From the NCBI GenBank assembly GCA_012514235.1, contig JAAZAR010000159.1, positions 1,065-65,064 of the forward strand: DNA of 64,000 bases, given 5' to 3'. Position 1 is the first letter of the stretch. Each line of letters begins with the position of its first letter. The DNA comes from Actinomycetota bacterium. Lineage in GTDB: Bacteria > Actinomycetota > Thermoleophilia > UBA2241. Made by a program: the position numbers and the translations under genes. This document shows positions 35,907 through 43,817 of the stretch, piece after piece. The notes under the pieces are model-generated. The model saw nothing but the letters and a program-made list of their open reading frames with translations. It was not told the origin of the DNA and searched no databases.

Positions 35907-37565
35907 GTGCCGGACGAGCGCCTTCGCATACTCGTGATCGACGACGACAGCGACCTGAACGCCACGGTCGCGGCCGTGCTCACCGCCAACGGCTACGAGG
36001 TCCTCACCGCGACGGGCGGAGAGCAGGGCCTCGAGGTGGCCTTCACCCGTCATCCGCACCTCATCCTGCTCGACGTCACGATGCCGGGCATGGACGGCCA
36101 CCAGGTCTGCCGCGAGCTCCAGTTCGGCTACACCAAGGACATCCCGGTGGTGTTCCTCACGGCGCGCACCGAGCTCCGCCACATGATGCAGGCCAACCGT
36201 TCCGGAGCCTCTGCCTACATCACCAAGCCGTTCAAGCCGGACCATCTGCTGCAGACCATCTCCGAGGTGCTGCGCGACGCCAGCGTGTACCGCGACGACG
36301 TGACCGGCCTCCCGACGCTGGCGAACGTACAGGTCGAGGTGCAGCGCATGCTCTTCGACCACGGCCAGCTCGGCATCATCTACGTCAGTCTCGGGGGCGT
36401 GCAGGCGCTCGAGCAGCTGCAGGGCTTCGAGGTCGTCGACGAAGTCTACCGGATCGTCGGACAGGGCCTGCAGCAGGCGCGCGGCGACCTCATCCGCGAC
36501 GACGACTTCGTCTCCATCTCCAGTCTGGGGGACGCGTTCCTCATCGTGCTCTCGCCATCCCGCGACACCGGGTTCGTGACAGAGGACGACCTGCAGGTCG
36601 TCAAGCTGCGCCTCGAGCAGGACCTGCTCAGGCGTCTGGAGGCAGAGCTCGAGAGCCGCCTGCTCGCGACGGTGGACCTCTTCGTCGGGTCGTCGCGCCT
36701 CACCCAGTCGCCCAAGATCCGCTTCAGGCGCGCGCTGCTCGACGCCATCACGCGCGCCACCCAGTCCATCGAGGTGGAGCGAGACGAGATCCGGTCGCGC
36801 CTGCGACGCGAGTTCGAGGAGGTGATGGCGGGTGAGCTGCTCACCTGCGTGTATCACCCCATCGTCGACCTCAACGACTTCCGGGCGATCGGGTTCGAGC
36901 TTCTCTCGCGTGGCCCCTGCGAGAGCGACCTCCACCGGCCCGACGCGCTGTTCGACATCGCGCGGATGGAGGGCCGGGTCACCGAGCTCGACCGCCTCTG
37001 CAGGCGCACCGCGTGCCGCGCCGGCAACGAGCTCCCGAGCGACCGGCTGCGGTTCGTGAACACGGAGCCGGTCACCATGTTCCTGCACTCCCGCGGAGAG
37101 AGCTTCGTGCAGGAGTTCGTCGACGTGACGCCCTCGTCGCAGCGCGGCCTCACGGTGATCGAGATCACCGAGAACACGGTGATCGACGACTTCGACCGCA
37201 TGCGGGACATCGTCCGGCAACTGCGCGGGCACGGCTTCCGCGTGGCGATCGACGACGCGGGAGCCGGCTACGCCGGCCTCCAGACCATGGTCGAGATCGA
37301 GCCGGACTTCATCAAGCTCGACATGTCGCTGATCCGCGGCCTGGACGCCTCGGTCGTCAAGCAGAGACTCGTGCGGACACTGCGGGACTTCTGCCGGGAG
37401 GCCGCGATCACGCTCATCGCCGAGGGCATCGAGACGCGCCGGCAACTCGACGTCCTGCGCGAGCTCGGCGTCTCCCACGGCCAGGGGTTCCTGTTCGGCC
37501 TCCCCGACGCCGACGTCCAGCTGCGGGACGCGTATCCGCCACTCGAGACAGTGACGCCCACGTAG
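35907..37565 (+). CDS. response-regulator receiver + degenerate GGDEF + EAL phosphodiesterase
   Basis: REC motifs 'ILVIDDD...LILLDVTMPGMDG...YITKPF'. The GGDEF position reads 'SLGDAF'. EAL signature residues are present: 'FELLSR', 'EITE', 'DDAGAGYAG', 'IKLD', 'EGIET', 'GQGFLFG'. Confidence 0.85.
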   Translation: MPDERLRILVIDDDSDLNATVAAVLTANGYEVLTATGGEQGLEVAFTRHPHLILLDVTMPGMDGHQVCRELQFGYTKDIPVVFLTARTELRHMMQANRSGASAYITKPFKPDHLLQTISEVLRDASVYRDDVTGLPTLANVQVEVQRMLFDHGQLGIIYVSLGGVQALEQLQGFEVVDEVYRIVGQGLQQARGDLIRDDDFVSISSLGDAFLIVLSPSRDTGFVTEDDLQVVKLRLEQDLLRRLEAELESRLLATVDLFVGSSRLTQSPKIRFRRALLDAITRATQSIEVERDEIRSRLRREFEEVMAGELLTCVYHPIVDLNDFRAIGFELLSRGPCESDLHRPDALFDIARMEGRVTELDRLCRRTACRAGNELPSDRLRFVNTEPVTMFLHSRGESFVQEFVDVTPSSQRGLTVIEITENTVIDDFDRMRDIVRQLRGHGFRVAIDDAGAGYAGLQTMVEIEPDFIKLDMSLIRGLDASVVKQRLVRTLRDFCREAAITLIAEGIETRRQLDVLRELGVSHGQGFLFGLPDADVQLRDAYPPLETVTPT

Positions 37566-37648
37566 ATCGGCGGGTCCCGGTCTTCGCTCACGTCGGCGCT
37601 CGAACGTCTCCGCGTCGACGGTACTGGGCTGGTGAGGTGCGCAGTGCT

Positions 37649-37657
37649 GTGATACAG
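37649..37657 (+). promoter_or_regulatory. candidate extended -10 (TGaTACAGT) for the trpB2 leader
   Basis: It ends 10 nt before the leader-ORF ATG at 37668. Confidence 0.3.
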
Positions 37658-37667
37658 TCCCGCGCAT

Positions 37668-37778
37668 CATGACGGCCTTTGACGACAGTCACCTCCGGCA
37701 GTCCTCGCGGCGGATCGGCGCGCCCGCGCTTTCCGTCAGCGATGCAGCCGACTGGCGTCTCTGGGCCTGGCGCGCGTA
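37668..37778 (+). CDS. candidate Trp-rich leader peptide (36 aa: MTAFDDSHLRQSSRRIGAPALSVSDAADWRLWAWRA)
   Basis: Three in-frame TGG codons at 37752, 37761 and 37767. The stop TAG is embedded in the terminator hairpin. The ORF lies upstream of trpB2. Confidence 0.45.
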
Positions 37779-37793
37779 GCGCGCCCTTCTTTC
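37768..37793 (+). terminator. attenuator-type intrinsic terminator in the trpB2 leader
   Basis: GGCGCGC-gta-GCGCGCC followed by CTTCTTTCG. An upstream GGCGCGCC (37716-37723) can pair with either arm. Confidence 0.5.
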
Positions 37794-37930
37794 GACACCC
37801 GCGTGGGCCAGGCCCACACCCCCGACCGCACTCGCACTGCCGTCCCGTCCCTTCAGGCGGCGCCAGGAGCGGTGCATCCACACCCCAGCATCACACGTCA
37901 ACCGTGCGTTTCCACGAGAGGAGGTAGGTC

Positions 37931-39295
37931 ATGAGCGAGTACAAGAAGAAGTTCGTCCTTGACGAGGAGAGGATCCCGACGGCCTGGTACAACATCGTGC
38001 CCGACCTGCCCGAGCCGCCGCAGCCGCCGCTCAACCCGGTGACCCTGCAGCCGGCGGGTCCCGACGACCTGTCGCCGATCTTCCCGCCCAGCATCATCGC
38101 CCAGGAGGTCTCGGCGGAGCGCTACATCAAGATCCCAGAGGAGATCCATCAGATCTACCGCATCTGGAGACCGACTCCGCTCATCCGCGCGACCGGGCTG
38201 GAGAAGGCCCTGGACACGCCGGCGAAGATCTTCTTCAAGCACGAGGGCGTGAGCCCGGCGGGCTCCCACAAGAGCAACACCGCCGTCGCGCAGGCGTACT
38301 ACAACAAGCTCGACGGCACGACGCGGCTCTCCACCGAGACCGGCGCCGGCCAGTGGGGCAGCGCGCTCAGCATGGCCTGCCAGATGTTCGACCTCGAGTG
38401 CATGGTCTACATGGTCAAGGTCAGCTACCACCAGAAGCCGTACCGGCGCAGCATGATGCAGCTCTGGGGCGCGGACGTCATCCCCAGCCCCAGCGACACG
38501 ACCAACGCCGGCCGGGCGGTCCTTGCCGAGAATCCCGAATCGCTCGGGAGTCTGGGCATCGCCATCAGCGAGGCCGTCGAAGACGCCGTCACGCACCCCG
38601 GCTCGAAGTACGCACTGGGCAGCGTGACCAACCACGTGCTGCTGCACCAGACGGTGATCGGCGAAGAGGCCATCCTGCAGACCCAGGACGCCGACGCCTA
38701 CCCGGACGTCGTCGTCGGATGCGTCGGCGGCGGTTCGAGCTTCGGAGGGCTGGCCTTCCCGTTCCTCCGTGAGAACCTCGCCGGCAAGACCACCACGCGT
38801 CTCGTCGCCGTGGAGCCGACCGCCTGCCCTTCGCTCACCAAGGGGCAGTTCCGCTACGACTTCGGCGACGAGGCCCAGACCACCCCGCTGTTCAAGATGT
38901 ACACGCTTGGGCACGACTACATGCCGCCCGGCATCCACGCCGGCGGCCTCCGCTACCACGCCATGGCGCCGCTGCTCAGTCACGTGTACGACCTCGGGCT
39001 CATCGACGCGGTCGCGGTGCCGCAGACCAAGGTCTTCGAGGCGGCCCAGCTCTTCGCCAGGACGGAGGGCATCGTGCCCGCGCCGGAGAGCGCGCACGCG
39101 ATCCTCGCCGCCGTCAACGAGGCGCTCAAGGCCAAGGCAGAGGGCGTGAGCCGGAACATCCTGTTCAACCTCACGGGTCACGGCCTCCTGGACCTCGGCT
39201 CGTACGACCGCTATCTCTCGGGCGAACTCGAGGACTACGACCACCCGGAGGCGGCGATCGAGGCGTCCATCGCCAAGCTGCCCGCGGTCGAGTGA
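37931..39295 (+). CDS. trpB2: TrpB-like PLP enzyme (tryptophan synthase beta type 2)
   Basis: '[22 protein letters not shown]', '[22 protein letters not shown]' and '[12 protein letters not shown]' are TrpB2 hallmarks. The SD is GAGAGGAGG. Confidence 0.9.
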   Translation: MSEYKKKFVLDEERIPTAWYNIVPDLPEPPQPPLNPVTLQPAGPDDLSPIFPPSIIAQEVSAERYIKIPEEIHQIYRIWRPTPLIRATGLEKALDTPAKIFFKHEGVSPAGSHKSNTAVAQAYYNKLDGTTRLSTETGAGQWGSALSMACQMFDLECMVYMVKVSYHQKPYRRSMMQLWGADVIPSPSDTTNAGRAVLAENPESLGSLGIAISEAVEDAVTHPGSKYALGSVTNHVLLHQTVIGEEAILQTQDADAYPDVVVGCVGGGSSFGGLAFPFLRENLAGKTTTRLVAVEPTACPSLTKGQFRYDFGDEAQTTPLFKMYTLGHDYMPPGIHAGGLRYHAMAPLLSHVYDLGLIDAVAVPQTKVFEAAQLFARTEGIVPAPESAHAILAAVNEALKAKAEGVSRNILFNLTGHGLLDLGSYDRYLSGELEDYDHPEAAIEASIAKLPAVE

Positions 39296-39364
39296 CGCCC
39301 GGGTCCTGATCGACGCCCGATCCCGGGTCGGGCCGTCGCCAGGGCCGCGACATCGCAAGGCCGT

Positions 39365-39398
39365 CGAGGGCGGCGGGGCGCACGCCCCGCCGCCCTCG
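39365..39398. terminator. bidirectional GC hairpin between convergent trpB2 and the HAD gene
   Basis: CGAGGGCGGCGGGGC-gcac-GCCCCGCCGCCCTCG forms a stem of about 15 bp. Confidence 0.6.
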
Positions 39399-39447
39399 CT
39401 TCCTGAAGCGGCCGCCGCTCCCCGGCGGCCCCGCGAGCCGGCCGGGA

Positions 39448-40302
39448 TCAGATCAGCGACAGGACGCTGGAGCGAAGGACGTCCGGAAGCCGTTCCCAGT
39501 CCGACACCATCACCCCCGGCAGGCGCTCGAGCACGTGAGGCGTCCTTCCGACGGCGATGCGCACGGCCGCCGCGGCGAGCAGGGTCTCATCGGCAGCTCC
39601 GTCACCGCAGGCCACCGTCCGCTCCAGGGGCACGTCGAGCCTCGCCGCCACGTGACTGAGGGCTTCGCCCTTGTCGACGCCGGGCGCGAAGACCCCGATG
39701 AACCCGGGCCGGATGGGCTTGACCTGCAGGCGTCCGGCCCACTCCTCCCGCATCTCGCTCAAGAGCCGCGCGATGACGGCGGGCTCGCCGTGCAGGACCA
39801 GCCGGCTGACGCGGTCGCCGGGTGGAGCGGCGGACGGGGGCGCGGATGCGCCGGTGCCCGCCGCGGAACCCGAAGCCTCCCCGGTGCCCGGGCCGGCCTC
39901 TCGCGGCTCGTCCACGTCCCAGATCGTCACGCCTACGCCCTCAGAGAGCGCCTCGGCGACCATCTCCTCGGCGTCGCGCCGGGGCAGCGGCCGCTGACGG
40001 AGCACGGTCCCGGTCCGGTCGGCGATCAGGGCTCCGTGGTAGCAGGCGTAGATCGTGGGCTCGACGCCGAGCGCCGCGGTCGCGCGTCGGGCGGCTTGCA
40101 GGGGCCGGCCGGTGACGACGACGAAGACCGCGCCCGCCCCCACGAGTCCGGCGATGGCTTCGCCCACTCCCGGGACGGGTGCGCCTTCGTGGTCGAGCAA
40201 GGTCCCGTCCAGGTCGCAGGCGAGCAGAACGGGACCGGCTGCTGCTTCACCGCCGCGGGACACGGTGCGGTCCGGCCCAGGCGACGCCACCCGGCCCCTC
40301 AC
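39448..40302 (-). CDS. HAD-superfamily (Cof-type) phosphatase with low-complexity insert
   Basis: 'LLACDLDGTLL', 'VVVTGRP', and 'GDGAADETLL'. There is a Gly/Ala/Ser/Pro-rich insert 'EAGPGTGEASGSAAGTGASAPPSAAPPGD'. The GTG start overlaps the kinase stop (GTGA). Confidence 0.8.
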   Translation of the reverse strand: MRGRVASPGPDRTVSRGGEAAAGPVLLACDLDGTLLDHEGAPVPGVGEAIAGLVGAGAVFVVVTGRPLQAARRATAALGVEPTIYACYHGALIADRTGTVLRQRPLPRRDAEEMVAEALSEGVGVTIWDVDEPREAGPGTGEASGSAAGTGASAPPSAAPPGDRVSRLVLHGEPAVIARLLSEMREEWAGRLQVKPIRPGFIGVFAPGVDKGEALSHVAARLDVPLERTVACGDGAADETLLAAAAVRIAVGRTPHVLERLPGVMVSDWERLPDVLRSSVLSLI

Positions 40303-41753
40303 TCAGGGCCGACGGCGGGGAGCAGCACGGTGAACGCCGCCCCGCCTTCAGACGCTTCGCCGGCCGAGATGGTCCCGCCGTGTGCCTCGACGAGCGCACG
40401 GCACAGGGGAAGGCCGAGGCCGGCTCCCGACGCACCGCGTCGCGCCTGCGCCCGGTAGAAGCGGTCGAAGACGAAGGGGAGGTCGACTGGATCGATACCC
40501 GGGCCCGAGTCACGCACGGTGAGGCAGGCGGCGCGCCCGGCAGGACCCTGAGGGGCCTCGGCTCCCCCTGGTCCAGTGTCGGCCGCGGCAACGGAGACGG
40601 TCACGCGGCCGCCCTCCGGCGTGAAGGTGAGCGCATTGTCCAGCAAGACGTCGGCCACCTGCAGCAGACGGTCACGGTCGCCCGGCACGACCGCCGCCCG
40701 GAGATCGGTGGCGAGCGCCACTCCCTTGGCATCGAAGGCTGGGCGGTGCTGCTCCGCCGCCGCCGCCGTCACGGCGGCGAGGTCCACCTCCTCGTACTCG
40801 ACGCCGAGATCCTCGTCCTCAAGCTCGTTGAGCTGGTGCAGCGCTCCGAGGAGACGACTGAGCCGCTCCACCTCCTCGCCGACAGAGCGCAGATCCTCAG
40901 GCGTCGCCGGCTCGGCGCCGTCCTGGAGGGCCTCGACCCGTGACCGGATAGCCTCCAGGGGGGCGCGCAGCTCGTGCGTGAGGTCGCTCGTCATCTCCCT
41001 GCGCCACTGCTCGTCCCTGGCCAGCCGGTCGGCCATCGAGTTGAAGGCGCCGCCCAGGACCGCCACTTCGTCGTCGCCGCGCGGCGACACGCGCACGTCG
41101 AGACGACCGGCGGCGACGTCGGCGGCGGCATCCGACAGCTCCTCCAGTGGCCCGGTGATCCGCCGGCTCACCAGAAGGCTGACGAGCACCGCGACGATCG
41201 CGGCGACCACCGCTGCGACGATCAGGTCCCTCGCGAGCGAGTCCCGATAGGCCTCCTCCGCGGCGGTACGCACGCCCTCGCCGGCGTAGACCTCGGCAGT
41301 GGCGACGTTCCGGCCGTCGACCACGACCGGCTCCCTCAGGATCGTGAAGGAGGACGGGTCGACAGGGGTGGCCTGCGGCGTCTCGGTCGCGACCTCCGTC
41401 GCCGTCTGGTCCGCGGCCGCTCCCTGCCCGCCGTGGGGGCCGGGTCCGGGGCTCCGGCCTTGCACGGTGAAGAGCAGCCGGGCGTCCGGATCGTAGACGG
41501 CGACGTCGACGTCGTTGGACGTGGCCACCTGACTCAGTGCGTAGATGGCGGTGGCGTCCCAGCCGTCCGGGTCCCGCCAGGTGGATCGCAGGGCGGCGAC
41601 GACATCCGCGCTCCGCTCCGCCTGCACGCGTTCGAGGTAGGAATCGAAGTGCCGCGCGCTCGTGACGGCGACGAGGATCCCGGCGACGAGGATCGCCAGC
41701 ACGGCGACGGCAACGCAGGCAAGCGCCAGCCGACGGCGCAGACCGCGCTTCAT
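40299..41753 (-). CDS. sensor histidine kinase (2 TM + HAMP + HisKA + HATPase)
   Basis: HAMP 'RRITGPLEELSDAAADVAAGRLDVRV', H-box 'LTHELRAPLEAI', then 'DSGPGIDPVDLPFVFDRFYR' and 'GLGLPLCRALVEAHGG'. Confidence 0.9.
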   Translation of the reverse strand: MKRGLRRRLALACVAVAVLAILVAGILVAVTSARHFDSYLERVQAERSADVVAALRSTWRDPDGWDATAIYALSQVATSNDVDVAVYDPDARLLFTVQGRSPGPGPHGGQGAAADQTATEVATETPQATPVDPSSFTILREPVVVDGRNVATAEVYAGEGVRTAAEEAYRDSLARDLIVAAVVAAIVAVLVSLLVSRRITGPLEELSDAAADVAAGRLDVRVSPRGDDEVAVLGGAFNSMADRLARDEQWRREMTSDLTHELRAPLEAIRSRVEALQDGAEPATPEDLRSVGEEVERLSRLLGALHQLNELEDEDLGVEYEEVDLAAVTAAAAEQHRPAFDAKGVALATDLRAAVVPGDRDRLLQVADVLLDNALTFTPEGGRVTVSVAAADTGPGGAEAPQGPAGRAACLTVRDSGPGIDPVDLPFVFDRFYRAQARRGASGAGLGLPLCRALVEAHGGTISAGEASEGGAAFTVLLPAVGPE

Positions 41754-41877
41754 CGCTGGTCCTCCGCGGCGAGGATGCGTGCGGGTCCGAGCATGACGCC
41801 ATCATACCCGCCGGGATACTCGGCGTCCGGACCACGGCGTCCCAGAGCCGACTCGGCGCTCCTGCCCATCTGATAGG

Positions 41878-43728
41878 ATGCCCTGCACGCCGGAGGAGGT
41901 TCCACTGCCCAACCTGAAGGTGTATCGAGCGGCCTGGGTGGTCGCCGCCGCGCTCGTCGTGGTCGCCCTCTTCACCCTCGGTAGTCCCGACACCCCCAGA
42001 CTCAGTCAGGAGCCGCCTGCCTTCGATGGGAAGGCGGCGTTCGCCGACCTCAAGACGATCGTCGAGAGCTTCCCACAGCGCGTTCCGGGCACCGATCCCG
42101 ACAACCGGATGGCCATCTGGGTCGAGGAGCAGTTCCGGGCGGCAGGGCTCGAGACCCACATCGACAGCTTCGCGGCGGCGGTGAACGGTAAGGACGTCGC
42201 CGTGCAGAACGTCTGGGGCATCTCGCGCGGACGCCGTCAGGGGACGATCATGCTGGTCGCCAACCGCGACGTGACGCCGCTCTCGACGCAAGGAGCGGGC
42301 GACAACGCGTCCGGCGTGGCGGCTCTCCTCGCTCTGGCGGACGCCTTCACCGTCACCGCACACGAGCACTCCATCATCTTCCTGTGCACCTCGGGCGACT
42401 CCTACGGAGCCCTCGGCGCACACGAGTTCGTCCAGGCGCACGAGACGGACGACCTCTACGGAGTCATCGCCTTGCGCGATGTCGCCAAGCGCAACAGCAC
42501 CGGCGTCAGCCTCGACGGCTGGAGCAGCGCGCCGAAGACGGCTCCGCCGTGGCTCTGGCTGCTCTCCGCACCGGCGGCCCGACGCGACTCCAATCTCGAG
42601 GCTGAGCTTCCGGGCGTGCCTGCCCAGGTGCTCCGGCTCGCCGTGCCGATGAGCGCCGGCACCCAGGGGCCGTTCGTGGCCGCCGGAGTGCCGGCGATCA
42701 CGGTCTCTGCCTCCGGACCCTCGGCAAGCGTGCAGAACGACACCCTGGATGCCGTCTCCGGACAGACGCTGACCAGGGTCGGCACGACAGTGCAGAACAT
42801 GGTGATGGCCATCGACGCGACCAGCGAGCCCGGGAGCGGCAGCGGGGGCACGATCTTCCTCACGCGCCACGCAACGCTGCCGGGCGGCGCGCTCGCCGCC
42901 ATCCTCGCCGCCCTGCTCCTGCCTCTGACGGTCGTCACCGTCGACCTGTTCGCCCACTGCCGCCGAAGCCGCATCCGTCTGCGTCCGGCGTTCGTCCGCG
43001 CAGGCCTGCACCTCGCCCCCTGGCTGGTGCTCATCGCCATCGTCTACTTCGCGAACCTGGTCGGGATGCTGCCGCGCAGTCCCGACGCAGTGATCCCGCC
43101 GGACTCGCGCCTCGCCGCAAACCCGCGCTACCTGAGGATCGCGCTCCTCATCGTCATCATGGTGGTCGCCTACGCGTACGCTGTCGCCGTGGAGCGCCGG
43201 CTCGAGCGTCGCTTCGCCACCGATGCGCGTGCCACGATCTTCGTCTCGCATCTGCTTCTGGCGCTGATCGCTCTCCTGCTGCTGCTCGTCAATCCGTACA
43301 CCGTGCTCCTCGTGCTGCCCGGCGCGGTCCTTTGGCCGCTCGCGCGACCGGGCGGCTGGGCGCGTTCGATCCTCCCCGTGTACCTCGGGCTCCTGCTGGT
43401 GCCGGTGCCGCTCGTCTACTACGCCACGCAGCTCGACATCGGCTGGAACGTCTGGTGGTACTTCTTCCTGCTCTTCGAGAACCGGACCATCCCCGCGCTC
43501 GCCGTCCTGCTCGCCGCCCTCTTCTTCTCCACCGCCGGCGTGCTCGCCCACACCCTGCACGAGCGCGGTCTCGCTCCGGGAGAGCTCTCGTGGCCGGCCG
43601 TGGACCGGCGAGGGCCAGACAGGATGAACGACGAGGAGTGGGCGGCGGTCTCAGGCGATGATCGGCGCGGCGCGCCTCGGCGCGGAGACCGGCGTCGGCG
43701 CCGGAGTCACGACCCGCTCAGGCGCTGA
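41878..43728 (+). CDS. M28-family peptidase domain fused to a polytopic membrane domain
   Basis: 'QNVWGI...IMLVANRD...GAGDNASGVAALLALA...FLCTSGDSYGALGAHEF' followed by about 8 TM segments. The start is uncertain: the ATG at 41878 overlaps a TAGGAT -10-like box, and an in-frame GTG at 41920 follows GGAGGAGG. Confidence 0.7.
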   Translation: MPCTPEEVPLPNLKVYRAAWVVAAALVVVALFTLGSPDTPRLSQEPPAFDGKAAFADLKTIVESFPQRVPGTDPDNRMAIWVEEQFRAAGLETHIDSFAAAVNGKDVAVQNVWGISRGRRQGTIMLVANRDVTPLSTQGAGDNASGVAALLALADAFTVTAHEHSIIFLCTSGDSYGALGAHEFVQAHETDDLYGVIALRDVAKRNSTGVSLDGWSSAPKTAPPWLWLLSAPAARRDSNLEAELPGVPAQVLRLAVPMSAGTQGPFVAAGVPAITVSASGPSASVQNDTLDAVSGQTLTRVGTTVQNMVMAIDATSEPGSGSGGTIFLTRHATLPGGALAAILAALLLPLTVVTVDLFAHCRRSRIRLRPAFVRAGLHLAPWLVLIAIVYFANLVGMLPRSPDAVIPPDSRLAANPRYLRIALLIVIMVVAYAYAVAVERRLERRFATDARATIFVSHLLLALIALLLLLVNPYTVLLVLPGAVLWPLARPGGWARSILPVYLGLLLVPVPLVYYATQLDIGWNVWWYFFLLFENRTIPALAVLLAALFFSTAGVLAHTLHERGLAPGELSWPAVDRRGPDRMNDEEWAAVSGDDRRGAPRRGDRRRRRSHDPLRR

Positions 43729-43817
43729 AGCAGTCACGAGCGGTCACCCGCCCGCGACATGAAGACGACGAGGCCGGGGCCGCTCCCGCGGAGCGGCCCC
43801 GGCCTCACGCGCTCGGA

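Noticed and set aside
37679-37927. An 82-aa ORF filling the trpB2 leader region.
   Set aside because: Its translation is Pro/Arg/His-rich and it reads through the terminator hairpin. The alternative 36-codon frame with three Trp codons explains the region better.
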